Numbered from the whole stretch's first letter, positions 25,910 through 39,740 are shown. The stretch: 53,464 nt of DNA, filler included, from Basidioascus undulatus (GCA_000826855.1; 3 parts of 3 records of this genome joined end to end with filler, not necessarily neighbours in it), one strand, 5' to 3'. The notes: generated by a model from the sequence alone, not told the origin. Made by a program: numbers and translations.

Positions 25910-28900
25910 TTGTGGATGGTTTAGAACATTGTTCTCCAAATTACGACGGAAGCGCAAAGGCGTCTACCAATCTGCAGACTGACAACCCGAGCGCCCTACC
26001 TCGGACAGCTGAGTTCACTTTGCTCGATTGGCCTGAACACTTTAATATGGCCTCTCAAATTTGGGGCGAGGTCCGCAGTGATCATCCGTGTCACGGCCCA
26101 CCGTGCGGTGCGTCGTTTGCATCGAGGGCACCGGCATGTTCAGCGGTCTGGGTGCCTCACACGGAAATATCCAAAAAGAGAAAAATTTAACACTTGAACA
26201 AAAATGAAGTGGCAACTGAGGAAGACTATCACAGTGGTTCCCCTCCCTTGAGTTTGTGCGCCGCGCATTGAACAAGAGCCTTCGACGTAAACAGAGCAGC
26301 TCATGTCTCTTCAGTTCTTGTACCCACATGTCTTGAGGAGATATCACGGAGGTTTACGGCAACCGCCAGGCTCTGACTACTGTCGACCCAACCGTACAGA
26401 AGGCATCCCGTAAAGCTTCTCGCTCTGTGCATCGCAGCAGTTGTCACTTTTTTGCACCGCAGACAACAAATGACACTCCATTTTGTGACGGGGACATCGT
26501 AGCTATCTTATTTCAGAAAGTCCTCTTCGTGCGACTAAGCTTCTTATGTGGAATCGGTAAAATATGCGTGATACTCTTGTACATATTTAGTGCTAACAAT
26601 GTCTTAAGAACATCCGCAGCTGCTCCGGGTCACAGTGTACTGCGTCTTCCCGTCAAGAGCACCAGCTTGTCAACACACGTCCAGCCCGATGCGTGGCTGT
26701 AAAGGATACAAAGAAATAAACTTTAAAGTTCGACATGAAATTTGGAACCCCTATACAGAAACACAAGCCATTGCTCCACTCAACCACCCTGTTCGCGCCC
26801 GTCCATTCGTGCGCTGTGCTTCTCGTAAAAGCCCTCAATGCATACGCACCGGCTCATTTGTCCCCCGCCCTTGGACCGACATGTCTTCGACTAACTTTTG
26901 CAGCCCATGACTGAACATTTCTCTGGCACTGTTGCACCTGTATGTCTGCTCTGGGCTCCTTTTGTCTTTGCAAAGCTCGAAGAGGACCGCCTCCCCTCCG
27001 CCTTTTTCACGCTTGTCATAGGCAAGCCATGCTCCTCAGCGTATTTTGCAACCTTGGCGTCCCACTGGGCATAGAGCATGATGTGTAGCTAAGCCTAGCC
27101 TGTCTCGTTAGTAACGAGAAGGGAAAACTCACTAGGTTTTGGCCCATTAACCTGTTCGCCCGTAAGATGTCCTCTCCCGTCTCATACAGATGGCCACACA
27201 GTTTCGCCCACGCAGCGGCAGTAGCGTTGAAGCCTGGACGGGTTGTGGCCGCCTCAGATGCGGGCGCCGGGCGGCTCCAGTTGAGGTTGAGAGAGGAAGC
27301 CGTGAACGGGCGAGCGATGAGGCCTGACCCAGGACCTCCAAAATAGACTGGTGATCAAGGAGTTGCGGGTCAGCATTGGAGAGCGAGGCGAGGAGATGGG
27401 GGTGCAAAGGAGAGGAGTCTTGATGATTGACTCGCGTCTTCTGAGACCGAAGGCAGCAATCTCACGTCAAATACGAAGTGGGTGATAACCTCGTGGTCTG
27501 GCTGGAGTCAAGGCCATCCCTTTACGGTTCATTATGCCTATAAATGTCTTTGAAAAAGCTCTGAACGATGTATACTCGCTGAGTGGGGCCCGCACGCCGT
27601 AAGGAGCCTCTCGGCCCTGACCGTAATTGCCTCAAGTCCACACAGAACTTGTGGTAAGCAGTAACTAAAGGTCACAAACAATCTCTACCAGAACATACAG
27701 AAGTCGCAGATCCTTGCCCTGTGCATTACGGCTACAAATGGCACTCCTTACTGGCAGGAACATCAATGTGATATTGGTTCAGATAGTCTTTCATTGTTGC
27801 TTTGATGTGCAGTTGGTTACCGACCGCGGTGAAGCGAACCACAGTTTTCTGAGACGCAGCCTCTTCCCTGCCTCGTCTGGCCATGCCCTCCTCCTTGTCG
27901 TCTCCTCCCCCAATCAGCCTGCCGCTCCACCGATTTACGGCGACTGGATCATCACGATAGATTATTCTCGTTCAGTCACAGATCCAAACAACAACAGACA
28001 TTGCAACCGCGTGTCCACCCCATAGTCCGTGCCAATCCTCGCTCCTCATCCGGTTCCGCACCCGCCTCTTTCCCCCTCGTGGCGCGCTCCGTTCTTTCCC
28101 TCTCGCCACTCACATCAACTTCTTACCCTTATACCCATGCCTTCAGCTACAGGTGCTTCAGTGAACCGCAGTTCCCAGTTCTCCTTCCAGTGCCTCTGCG
28201 CACTCGTCTCTTTCTCGTTTAACTTTGTTTCTGTCATCCCCTTTTTGTCTGGTGCCTCTGCGCATCACCGTTCTTCTTCCTGCCTTCTTGCGGTGCCACT
28301 GTACACTGCTTCACTTGCTGCTCGATGACTCCGCGCATAAATCCTGATATTCTTCCCCCAGGTCCCCAAACGCCCCAAGAACCCCTCAGAGTTGTTGCAA
28401 TATTTTCTTCCGTTTCTCGTTCAAGGCGCCTTTGCGCACTTGTTTTCCGAGTGCTTCTGCGCACGAGCTTCTCTTGCCCCTCCTGCCGGAACTTGTAGCG
28501 CTTTTGCGTTCTACTGTGTCTTCTCTCCTTCCTTGATTCCGTGCTCCGGGGCAATTTTCCTTGTTCGATTTGTGTTCCTCCACGCACGTACCCCTCACTT
28601 TCCTCCCCAGGTCTTTCGACGCTGCGGGCGTTCCTCAAATTGGCCAGCCATCGCCGGCGCCAGCTTCTGCGCTGCCGTACACGGTGTCGACCTATTACTC
28701 ATGTGACTCAGGTACTCATACCTAGACAGTATAAATTCAAGCCCGTTAGCTGACTTGTGTAACTCTCAGCACCCCGCCGGCCCGTCCCCGCGCGATGTGT
28801 GTGAACGGTAGTCCTTGGGCGTGAAAGTCCAGCTGCTTCTCATGGCCGCTCTTACCCATCGTACGTCAAGCCTATCTCGTGCAATCACTTTTAATGAGAC

Positions 28901-29528
28901 GTCCCTGCTCGGCTCAACCTCGCAGATTCTCTGCCGCTCTGTTCTGCGCCTTACTGTTGCGGATCCCTGACTCCGTCTCGTCCCAGGCGGCTTACCCATC
29001 TTCCCTTCAAATGCGCAGCAGCTCTGAAGGGTCCTATAGCTGCTGGACACTCCGAACTGCGGGTCTAAGTGGCTCGAAGTAAACGATCGAGTGTGCTGTG
29101 TGTGACATGAAGGAGATTGCGAAGACCGACGTTCCATTTAAACGACTATGCTTTTTTTTTTACGAGGGTTATACTTGAGTTGAAATATTTCCAGCACGCT
29201 CATATAGCGGCGCGCACTTTCAGTGAATAATCTCATGAACTGACAATGCGTCCGCTAAAGAATTACTACTAGAAACTTGTACTGTGCGGCCTATGAGCGC
29301 TAGCCGCCTTCAGATAGCACCTTAGTGTTTCTCAGAAGCGATAACTGAGCCTTTCCAAAGCAAGTCCAATGCACCGTACACTCACCCGTACACTCACACA
29401 CAAGATCAGAGTCAGCGAGAATTGAGTCAAATGGCCGTGATGCGAAAGGACTACCGGTATATCTATCGAACAGAACGAAGGAGGGTACAAATAGACGAGG
29501 TGAATGGACAAGGGAGTAAGCGAGACGC

Positions 29529-31085
29529 TTAGCCGGAGCCACCGGCGTAGACTGGGTGAGAAGGGGAAGCGACGTCAGTGGCGATGAAGACGAGAGCTGA
29601 TGTGATGGAGATGTCGGGACTCACCCTTGCCGAACATGAGCTCCTGCATCTTGTCGTAGAGGGAGAGCACACCGGCACCGGCAACACCACGGAGGATGTT
29701 GGCACCAGCGCCCTTGAAGAGCGAGCGGACGCCCTCCTTGGCGATGATCTGCGCAGCGGCGTCGCCCATGCCCTTGTAATGAGGGCTGACGTTAAAAAAA
29801 ACATATCCAGTCAGTTTCAATCATTAGGAGGGTTTGGAGGGTCCAGGGAGGGTCGAGGGACTTACCCGGTGCCACCAGAGGTCATCATCATGCGGCGACG
29901 GATGGTGTCGAGCGGGTAACTAAGGGGAAGGAGCGGAATGAGACGCTGGAAAAGACAAGCACAGCGAGTTTAGGGAGACATACGAAGCGAGGCCAGCACC
30001 GGTAGTGACAGCCCAGCCGAGCGCGAACGAAGCAAGGAAGTTGCCCTCAAGGGGACCGACGAGGATAACCGGCTTGACGGACTAAATGGCGCAACAAATA
30101 TCAGTACCATCGCGTCGGACACAAGAGCGAACAACGCACGTCGTAGAGACCGAAGTAGAGACCACGGTAGACGACAATGCCGAGGACGGAGGGACCGAAG
30201 CCACGGTAGAGACCGGCGATACCGTCAGTGGCGAGGGTCTTCTTGTAGACGTCGACGAGACCGTTGAACTGGCGGGCACCACCCTTGGAGGCAGACTTGT
30301 TGTCGTTGGCGAGGCGGGTACGGGCGTAGTCGAGCGAGTAGACGAAGAGGAGGGACGAGGCACCGGCGGCACCACCAGAGGCGATCTGCGAGGCAACAAA
30401 GAAGCATCGTCAGTCGGGCTCTCAAGCGAAGGAAAAGGAGGAAGAAACGGACGTTGCCAGCGAACCACTTCCAGTAGCCCTCGGACTTCTTGAAGGAGAA
30501 GAGCGACTTGAAGTAGTCCTTGAAGGCGAAGTTGAGCGCCTGCGTCGGGAAGTAACGGATGACGTTGGCGGTGTTGCCGCGCCACAGGGACGCCAGGCCC
30601 TCCTCCTTGTAGGTGCGCGCGAAGCAGTCGCCGATGCCCTTGTACGGGGTGGCGAGACGGCCCTGCTTGATCATCTCATCCTGGTCTATGGGATCGGGAA
30701 AAGAGTGGAATGAGCGACTGCCAGGTATTGCAGATCTCGAGACGGAGCTGAACGCACTCTGGACGAGAAGCTTGATGCGCTCAATGGGGGCGGCAGCGGT
30801 CTTGGAGACCGCGGCGGAGACACCGCCCATCAAGCTTGGGAGAGAAGACCGCCGTCAGCCCTTGATCGCATTCCACTGTCGCCCCCCAGATCCCCGCCCC
30901 GCAGCCGCGCCTCGCGCACAACGATCGATGAAAAAGCATCGATTAAACTCACAAGTCGATGGTGAACGACTTGAGGTCCTGTGAAGCGAGAAGACACACG
31001 ATCAGCCACCGTGCCTTCTCGAAGACGCCAGCGCTGTGGGGGAAGAACGACGCACCTTCTGCTTCTTCGGCGCGGTGGTGGCCAT
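29529..31085 (-). CDS. AAC: Mitochondrial ADP/ATP carrier (nuclear gene, multiple introns)
   Basis: Contains [45 protein letters not shown], the RRRMMM signature and [20 protein letters not shown], with GT-AG introns. Confidence 0.96.
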
Positions 31086-34000
31086 CTTTCCAACAGAAAA
31101 CTGTGGATACAATGGGAGTCTAGTGAGCGGACTGTTGCCGGTGTAGAGCAGAAAGGGCGCAATAGGCGAGGCGTACAAAGGAAGGAGTGGGGATGGGGGA
31201 AGAGAGCGAATGTGAAAATCGCCGCTCTTGAGCTGGCCGGAGAGGCCTGCCGGACCCACCCATTTCCATTTCGGACCTAAGCCAAACACGACCGCCCATC
31301 GCCGACGCTTGCCCAGTGCCTCATCTCAGGTTTCACTTTGTTCCTGCATTCCAGACCGCGGTTTTTTTTTTCAAACATGTATCGAGCGCAACGGGTCCCA
31401 AAAGGTGTATGCTCCCGAGATACTTTTTTTCTGACAAAGTATCGCGAAGTAGAACCACAAGGAAACTGAAGGACTACTCGCGATTGGCCTGCGGACCTGA
31501 CTTCAGTGCTGCTCTGACCCGACCCCGCGGCGCCCACTTGAGAAGACCGGACGGGGTCGGCCCGCGTTTCCCCGGCCGCCGGGCAAGCATGTGCATTCGC
31601 CGTCTTTTTGGGTCTTGGAAAGAAGACTGGAAGTTGTCCTGCAAGGAGCTGTTGCACACAAATAACGTTCTCGAACGGCGGTGGCAACAAAAATTGTCGA
31701 ACAAGACTATCAGAAGGAACCTGCGACGCTGGCTGTCAGTCGGTGGCGGCTTCGGCCGCGGCCGGTGAGAGTCGCAAGCTCGCAGCGTTGCAACGGGCTG
31801 CGACAAAACTTCCTTTCGTGTATAACAACACATAAAAAGCGCATTACGCAAACATTAATCAAACAGTCTCCTATACATCGTTCAATAACAAGGGGAGGAT
31901 GTCCAATACCGACGTCGCGAAGGCGCGGTGTTGGACTTCAGACACGGCGCCGAAACGGCACATATGTGGCAGCGTTGCATCCCCTATCACTCCGAATCAG
32001 ATGCAGTTCGTCGCGGGACAGCATTGAATTTTTGTCTCCGCCAGCCAGGTGGCATGGGCTCGAGGAGTCGAGCACGGTGGTCCTAGTTGTGAGGCGACGG
32101 ACGCTGCATGCACTGGACCGGACACCTGGAGACTGCGCCTGTTCAAAGATCATAAGGGGGCTGCAGCTGGTTCTCGAGAAATTAGGACGTAAAAACCTTA
32201 TGTTTCTGATGATCCGTATGCTGGGAGCGCAAGCCTTGTGCATTGCTGTGTGACTTATCTCCTCAATAATCTGGCCGCTGGCGGCGCGCGACGAGTGACG
32301 CGCGGTCGTCGACAGCCTCTATCCAGAAAGTCACCAAGGAAAGGCTTTCCGCCGAAAACTCAGCAGTGGCAAAAGGTGTGGCTAATGAAGTTCCTGCGGA
32401 CAAACAGCTGCCAAGCGTTCCAGTTGTTCATGTGTCTTAGCCTCATGACCCGCTCGTTGTGTTCATAGGGAACCACAGAGAACAGCGACGCTGGAATGCA
32501 CTCATCTTCTGCAATTATACTTACGGATGCAGTGGACTCGAATTCAAAATGGAAAGCCACACCGGAACGCCGTATGAGCGTTGTCAGGGCGAAGTGACTG
32601 CATTACATTCCGTGAAGAGTCTGTCTTGAGTCCTGCTTGAAGCGCTGTTCGAAGTCATCGGGGTAGGTTATCTGCCTTTTCAGCAATTTTGAGTTTGTGG
32701 GAAGCTGTCTGAGAACCTGTCATCACGATAAGTCGAGATGACGTGTGTGAATAACGCCATGGCAGCGCACTGCAAGTAAGGGGCAGCCGGATTTCATGTA
32801 CTTTCATTATTTCAAAAGGTGCTATGCACATGTATCCCACCAGGACGCATACGTGCATACCATAAGCCTGTAAAATGACAGTCCAGGAAGCGAACACCTC
32901 TTATCACCCGCTGGACACCATCCCCCGCCGCACAACAAAGCCCTCTGTTGGCACTGGGTGAGTCCACCGACACCTTTAGGCATGCCCTGGATCCCCCAGG
33001 CCCTTCTAATGATGAGAATTGACTCAAAAATGGGTTCTACCTTCAAGGTCACACTACAAGGGCGTGGACGACACCGCTGCGCAGATGATCCCGTTCGCTT
33101 GCTGTTCAAAGGGAGGATTGCGGAACATTTGATGGGCTATGGTAAGACCGATTATGACGAAAAAAGTCCCTACTTGGGGATATACGCCATTTTGGGACCT
33201 CAAGAGCCCGAGCGTTAGCAACTCAACGATCCACCCACTGATATGGGACGGTTGAGAACGCTAACTTCACACCCTCGTCAGCTTCCATTTCTTCGGCGCT
33301 CAATACGACTACTCAGGAACACAAAGAGTCCAAGGAAGGGTACATATATACTTCTAGCATATCGATGTTCTAAGACGCATCCGTTTCAGCAATGGCACAA
33401 GCATGCACGGCCCGGAACGTGGCTGCATCCTGGCAGGCCAGAGCTCTATGCAGCCGGGACCGATTTGCATTTACATCGTATTATTAAACACAATGTTTTC
33501 AGTGGCTCTGTTGGGCCTGAACAGACTTGGTCAATGGCCGTTGTGCGTCTTTACTCCCGGACTCGGGGAGGACTTGAGTGAATGCGCAAACCTCCTTCTA
33601 CCTTCTCCGACACCGGCAAGCAGCTCAGAAGAAACACAGTTCAAAAGCGTTGTCCTATAACAAGCTAAAGATTTACCAGCTCATGAAGTCCTAGCTCACT
33701 GAAATCACATGCGAAAACCCCAAGCTCTGCGTGCCTGACGGCGCGCATGCGAGTCCAGCCAATGTACTCTGTCAATAGAAGAAAAGACAATGAAGATAAA
33801 CCATACGTTGCGCTGACTTCGTGTGCGGGGAAGGTATACTAAGGACCCCAACAAGTACGGTGGGTGCCACTGTCGGGCCGGGGGCCTTTCCAGTAAAAGA
33901 GAAGACGAGCGAAGGCGAGGAGATGTGGGAATGTCCTGCAGTGCGAGTGAACGTGACGCCTCCGAGAACCAGGCTATCGTTCCGAGCGTTTGATGCACAT

Positions 34001-35718
34001 CGATCTTGTAAGCAGAGGCAAAAAAACAGAGGCTTACTATTCCCAGGCTAGGCCAGAACGCAGAGCGTGATCTGCGTTTCATTGTCCGACCGACGCCGCT
34101 GCAGATAGTTATAGCGCTTTTCCTGCCCGCCCCGTACACCCAGCGTCTGAGTCTCCACCACAGAAGCATTCACACTGGAAGCGTGCCGCACACGCCAGCT
34201 ACCGGCGTGCGGACCGTGGGCGAAACGCGAAACGAGTCTGATCGTTAGTCCTGCGGTGCTCGAGCGAGCGAATGAATAAGAGACTGTACAGTGGGAGTGG
34301 CCGGAGTGGGATGCACCGTGCAGTAGATTGCGAAAGGGTTGGCGTGGCGGATGAGCGGAAGGATGGACAGCAGATGGTACGACCGAGAGTGTTTTCGAAA
34401 TCGACATTCTAGCGCAGAACGGACGAAGAAGTGGGAAGTGCACTGGGACGGGCACGACCTGCAAGAGAAGTCCGCGCGAGAGAGAGGCCCGAAAGAGAGA
34501 GGGGGGGCTACAGGTGTAAGATGGAGAGCAGCGATTCGGATGAGGTGGTAAGGTTTTAGCACCCGTTTCCTGGGCTTTGAGAGACTCGTCGAACTGCGGT
34601 CGCTGGGAGTGCGGGAATGAAGCGAGAGGAGGATGCGAGCAGCCAGAGCGAGGTTATGTTTGAAACGGGAAAAGTGAAGAAAACGAGTGTGCGCCGCTAT
34701 CCTCCCCAAGTCCGCATGAGCACGGTGGGCGTGCACTGAGAGAGATTCTGGGAGAGTCCGAGGAGCCCAGCGTTCAACAAGATTGAGGACGGGGTTGGAG
34801 ATGTACAAGCGTGCGCTGCGGGACACGCCAGGTAGGGGGTTGGTGCGAGCGAGTTCGGGCGTGCGTGCGAAGAAAAAACATTGAGAGGTTTTGAACGAGG
34901 GACTGTCCGAAATGGGAAGCGTGCAAAACAAGTAATGTGCTCAGGGCGGAACGCGGCTGTCCGTCGCGGATATCTGCTGTGAAAGACAGGCGACGTAAGC
35001 GCGTAGGAGTGGCCATGTGCCTCCGTGCGATTAGAGGATTCGACCGAGAGGGTTTGAGGGGAGGTTGCATGGAGTGAGCGGCCAGCGCTGTGCTGTGGAC
35101 ATGGAGTTCGGACCCTCGAGTGGGGAAGCAGTGAGCCGCGAGCCGCGAGCCTGGTGCAGCGGTGAGCTTCTGAGAACGGGCGACAGACACCAGCCGTCAA
35201 TCATCATCTGTAATGCATGCGACATGAGGCGTGAGGCGTGAGCGGTGACGTGTGAGGCCCGAGGCAAGCCGCGAGCGATGGTCGCCTAGTGTTCGTTGAA
35301 GCTCGGTGCGCTCCAGCAGTATCGATTGAACCGTGAGCCCCACAGCGGGATGTGCCTTTTCCTCAGGGAAGACGGCGTGTTAGGATACGCATAGCGGCGT
35401 AGCGGGCTGCAGACGAGACGTGGTACAGTTGGCCAGGTAAGTGCAGCATGGCAAGGCAGGTGGTGCTCGATCGAAGCGGGCACTCGCTCGCTCGCGAGTC
35501 CGAGTTGAGTAGGGTACTTTCTGCGAAGCAAACGAGAAGATATCCCAGGAGGGATGGGTGATTCGAGCGATACGGGCATGGAATCCCTAGCCGAAGCAGA
35601 TGTGCGAAGCATTCTCAAAATCGAAGCCGAAGCAGCCCATGCCATCCTATCTTATCCACACAGTAAGTATCTCCCTCCACCCCCACGCAAAGCCTGAACA
35701 AACCCGACGCACCTTGCA

Positions 35719-36391
35719 TCATTGCCTCCCCGCCTTCTCCCTCCACGCCCTCAACCTCCGCCTCAGCTCCTCCGCCCCAATCCGATGGCGCATGATCTCC
35801 TCCCCCTCCAGATGGAGGACCGGGATGTCGTACTGCTCCGCGCGCACCCCACACCTCATCAGCCTCCTTTTCGATATCCTCTCCACACCTCCACTCCACT
35901 CCACTTTCCCCTTCATCGCTTCACTTAGGGGACGGACAGGAGGGAAGGCAGGGAGGAAGGGAGGAAGAGAGACGGACCTGATAAGCCCTCCTCCACCTAT
36001 GCACCTCCTCGTCCGGCCGTTCAGGGGCCGCGGGGGGGTCGCGGATGTTGTAGAGCTCGAGGTGGAAGGGCGTCTGCGCTCCGACCCGTCAGTTTCCCTT
36101 CCCCGTTGCTTTCCTTCCTGCTTGGGGGCCCACCTCTGCTTGCACGGCGTGGAGGACTTCTTTCGCGTCCTGCCCAGACCAGAGAAGGATGTTCAGTAGG
36201 AATGGAGGAAGGAAGGAAGGGAGGGTAGGTGGGGAGGTGTGGGGTTGGGGATGGGAGGGGAAAGGAAGACGCACCTCACACAACGAGCACTCCCTCCCGC
36301 CCGTATACAGCGTGAGCTTCGGCACCCTCCCACCCTGCGCCGAGTAGAACCTCCTTCCTGCCAGACGCGCTGTATTTCTTAAAAACAACAT
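35719..36391 (-). CDS. Glutaredoxin-like (DUF836) protein with a mitochondrial-type presequence, spliced
   Basis: MLFLRNTARLAGRRFYSA...LTLYTGGRECSLCE|DAKEVL...|YDIPVLHLEGEEIMRHRI, showing CxxC and YDIPVLH motifs. Confidence 0.85.
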
Positions 36392-36880
36392 GATGTGCAG
36401 GCTCGAAGAACAAGACCAGGGACGCTGGAGAATGAAATGCGAGGAGCGTGGGAAAAGCCCTCGATGATGGCAGAGAGGCGAGAGCAAGAAACGCGGGTTG
36501 CGCTTTGCGACGGCCAATTTACGCGGTCGAGAGTCGTCTTCGCTCGCCTGCCTTCTTCCCCGTTCGCTCTCCCGGCCTACACTACTTTGCGCGCCTGCAG
36601 ATATCCTAGGCGTGCGCCTGAGCAGCGACGAGCACCGCAGACCACGGATCACCGACGGACGAGCGACGGCTGCGATCGAGCGGCGCAGCGGGCGTGGCGT
36701 AGCGGAGGTGAGTGTTCGCCGGGTGGGGGGGGTGTATGCTGAGGCTCCGAGGGAGCAGGCATCGAATAGGTGGGAGTACGGAGGGGCATGCTGGTTGGGG
36801 AGCACCGGGGCACGGTGGGGTGGGATGGGCGGGCGCGGGAGGGCTGGAAGGCGGATGGGACTGGCGGCATGGGGAGCAGC

Positions 36881-36980
36881 NNNNNNNNNNNNNNNNNNNN
36901 NNNNNNNNNNNNNNNNNNNNNNNNTTAATTAATTAANNNNNNNNNNNNNNNNNNNNNNNNNNNNNNNNNNNNNNNNNNNN
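36881..36980. other. Artificial contig linker N44-TTAATTAATTAA-N44
   Basis: Same spacer as at 21856-21955. Confidence 0.97.
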
Positions 36981-37085
36981 GCTGCATTCTGATGCGCTGC
37001 ATTCTGATGCGCTGCATTCTGATGCGCTGCATTCTGATGCGCTGCATTCTGATGCGCTGCATTCTGATGCGCTGCATTCTGATGC
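36981..37085. repeat. Tandem 15-mer (GCTGCATTCTGATGC)x7 at the contig end
   Basis: Directly visible. The unit contains the mtDNA palindromic module GCATTCTGATGC. Confidence 0.95.
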
Positions 37086-37484
37086 GTAGAGGAGAAGAGC
37101 ACAAGAAGAAGATGCAGATGCGGAGGAGAGGAGCACTGCATCTTCTGCTCTTACTTATTAGGGTCTTACTTATTAGTTAGAGAGCGGAAATGCAGTCAGA
37201 ATGCCGTAGCGCATTACTCTAACTTATTAGTCTGCCCTCTGCATTCTGATGCGAAGAGGAGAGGTACGGAGAGAAGATGCAGTCATTGGGAGGGGGGTTA
37301 GCGCATCTTTGCATTTTGATGCGCTGCTCCTCCCCCACTCGCATGACTTTTTGATTTTTTTATAACAAAAAAAATAAAAAAGAGAAATGCAGAGAGGGGG
37401 AGAGCGGAAATGCAGAGAAGGAAACACCGGCGCTGACACTGCACAGCACGCTATAGGTGACGCACACATAAGCCATGAGACCGA

Positions 37485-37556
37485 GAGCCCTTAGCATAAC
37501 GGTAGTGCACTGCCTTGTCGTGGGAGACGGTGCCGGTTCGAATCCGGTAGGGCCCG
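37485..37556 (+). tRNA. trnD: Mitochondrial tRNA-Asp(GUC)
   Basis: Anticodon loop TTGTCGT, T arm GCCGG-TTCGAAT-CCGGT. Confidence 0.82.
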
Positions 37557-37590
37557 AGAGCACTGGTCTATGGCGTGTTGAGTGACCTAG

Positions 37591-37662
37591 TAGGAGCAGC
37601 AGGGATCGAACCTGCGACCAACAAGTTAAAAGCTTGTCGCTCTGCCACTGAGCTATGCTCCC
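37591..37662 (-). tRNA. trnK: Mitochondrial tRNA-Lys(UUU)
   Basis: GGGAGCATAGCTCAGTGGCAGAGCG-ACAAG-CTTTTAA-CTTGT, T arm GCAGG-TTCGATC-CCTGC. Confidence 0.92.
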
Positions 37663-38195
37663 GATTCGACTGGCTCTCTGCATCTCTCTCTTCGAAGGCG
37701 AAGCCGGCTCTTAAGAGCAGAGAAGAAGAAGTGATGCGCTCTCTCTTCGCTTGACTTTTTTTTCTTCCCCCCCTCTGCATTTCCGCTCCTCCTTCTCTGC
37801 ATTTTAATGCACTAATTAGTGGGGGGAGCAGTCCGTAGGGATGCGGAGTCGGTACGCCGCAGGAGGGGAAGGGTGCGGCACTGTTCAGCACAGTTCTGCA
37901 CGGCTCTCTCCCAATGACTGCCTCTTCTCTCTCCCTCCGCTCTATCTTCCGGCTCTCCCCCTTCGCATCTGCATCAAAATGCGATGCAGGGAGAAGGAGA
38001 GCACCGCATCACTCTTACCCCCCCGTGGGGGGGTTAGAGAAGATGCAGAAGAAGAGCACTGCATCTTCTCTTACTTATTAGGGGTTAGAGTGATGCGGAG
38101 AAGAAGAAGGACGGACCCTAATAAGTAAGACTAATAAGTTAGAGTGATGCGGATGCGGGGGGGGAGAAAAAAAGTCAAGCAAAAGAAGAAAAAGG

Positions 38196-38247
38196 GTGCG
38201 GTACAGTACAGTACAGCACAACCAGCAACGGCGAGACTCGAACTCAC
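38196..38247 (-). pseudogene. Duplicated 3' fragment of tRNA-Gln with flanking sequence
   Basis: CAGCAACGGCGAGACTCGAACTCAC matches CAGGAACGGCGAGACTCGAACTCAC at ~38435-38459 with one mismatch. The anticodon and D arms are missing. Confidence 0.65.
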
Positions 38248-38434
38248 TACCCGACTGGTTGCCACCCTCTCACTACGCTTCTTTTTTATTTTTTTCTTTT
38301 TGATTTTTTTTTATAAAAAAAATCAAAACAAAAAATAAAAACAAAAGCAGTGGCGGAGGACTCAACTGCCGAGTCGATCGACTGAGCACTCAGCATGGCA
38401 CGGTGCGGCACAGCCAGGTACGGTACGGCACAGC

Positions 38435-38507
38435 CAGGAACGGCGAGACTCGAACTCACACTTTCTGCTACCAAAAAGCAGCGAACTGCCGATTGTTCTA
38501 CGTTCCT
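38435..38507 (-). tRNA. trnQ: Mitochondrial tRNA-Gln(UUG)
   Basis: AGGAACG/CGTTCCT acceptor stem. The arm CTGCT-TTTTGGT-AGCAG puts TTG at positions 34-36. Confidence 0.8.
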
Positions 38508-38663
38508 GTGGCGTCACAGCTCGGTGGCAATCAGTCCTCTCCCCCCCACTGCTTGACTTTTGTTTTTGTTTTTATTTTTTTTTCTTTTTTATTTTTTTTA
38601 ATAAAAAAAATAAAAACAAAAAAAATAAAAAAGAAAAGAAAAGAAAAAAAAAGAAAAGCGGAA

Positions 38664-38705
38664 GCAGTCCGCAGTCCGCAGTCCGCAGTCCGCAGTCCGC
38701 AGTCC
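38664..38705. repeat. Tandem heptamer (GCAGTCC)x6
   Basis: Directly visible. It is a one-base variant and permutation of the GTCCGTA array at 14177. Confidence 0.93.
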
Positions 38706-39657
38706 GCAGGGCGGGGTGCAGCACGGTCCTTTCTGAGCCGCGGCTACCTTTAGCAAGCAAGCTGTCCCATGGTATTGTGAGACAAAGGTTGTGCCGGCCT
38801 CTAACTGTCTGCTATCACTGTATAGTGAGACGTTACCTGTGCGCAGCTGTCGTGAAAGCCGTGACAGGTATCGTGGGACGATTAGCATGCTGACTATGCT
38901 GAGCTGTGCGTTGACGGCTGTACCCTTTTTTCTTCTTTTGCTTGACTTTTTCTCCCCCCACTTCTCTCTTCTGGGGAAGAAGAAGCGCTCCTCCCAATGA
39001 CCTAATGACCCCCCTTCGCATCACTCTAACCCCCCCTGCATCAGTTCTTCTTCTCTGCCGTACCTCTCCTCTTCGCATCACTTCGAAGATGCAGAGGGCA
39101 GACTGCTCTTCTTCTTATGCTCTCCCCCCCTACGCATCAGAATGCAGAGGGGGAGCCGGAAGAGAGAGCGGAGCCGAGAAGAGAGAATGCGGTGGGGGGG
39201 GGTAAGAGAAGATGCAGCGCATCTGCATCAAAATGCGAATGCAGAGAAGGAGCAGCGCATCAAAATGCAAAGATGCGGTCGGTACGGAGAGGGGGGACTT
39301 CGCTCTTCCCCTGCATTTGCTTTTTGAACAGATGCGGAGGGAAGAAAAAGAGAGAAAAGCGTAGCGCATCCCCTACGGACTGCTCCCCCCCCTCTCTGCA
39401 TTTTAATGCACTGCATTCTGATGCGGTGGGGGAGAAGGAGGAGCGGAAATGCAGTCTGCCCTCCCCCACTGCTTTTGTTTTTATTTTTTGTTTTGATTTT
39501 TTTTATAAAAAAAAATCAAAAAGAAAAAAATAAAAAAGAAGCGTAGTGAGAGGAGAGGTACGGGGGAGAAAAAAGGAAAAATGCAGTCTGCCCTCTGCAT
39601 CTTCGAAGTGATGCGAAGAGGAGAGGTACGGAGAAGGAGAATGCCGTAGGAGAGCCA

Positions 39658-39740
39658 CGGAAGAGAAGGGAGTCGAACCCTCAAGGACGTGTGTCCAGAC
39701 AGCTAGCAACCGCCTTAACCTTGCCAGTGGCGACTCTTCC
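39658..39740 (-). tRNA. trnS: Mitochondrial tRNA-Ser(GCU)
   Basis: GGAAGAG/CTCTTCC acceptor stem, anticodon loop TTGCTAG, long variable arm GGAC-ACAC-GTCC. Confidence 0.87.

Noticed and set aside
26040..29150. Short ORFs between tRNA-Lys and AAC
   Set aside because: No recognisable domain and no consistent splice model. They may be gene relics but I cannot support a call.
31300..35600. Possible transposon or hidden gene upstream of AAC
   Set aside because: I found no terminal repeats and no transposase or reverse transcriptase motifs, and the ORFs are short and uninformative.
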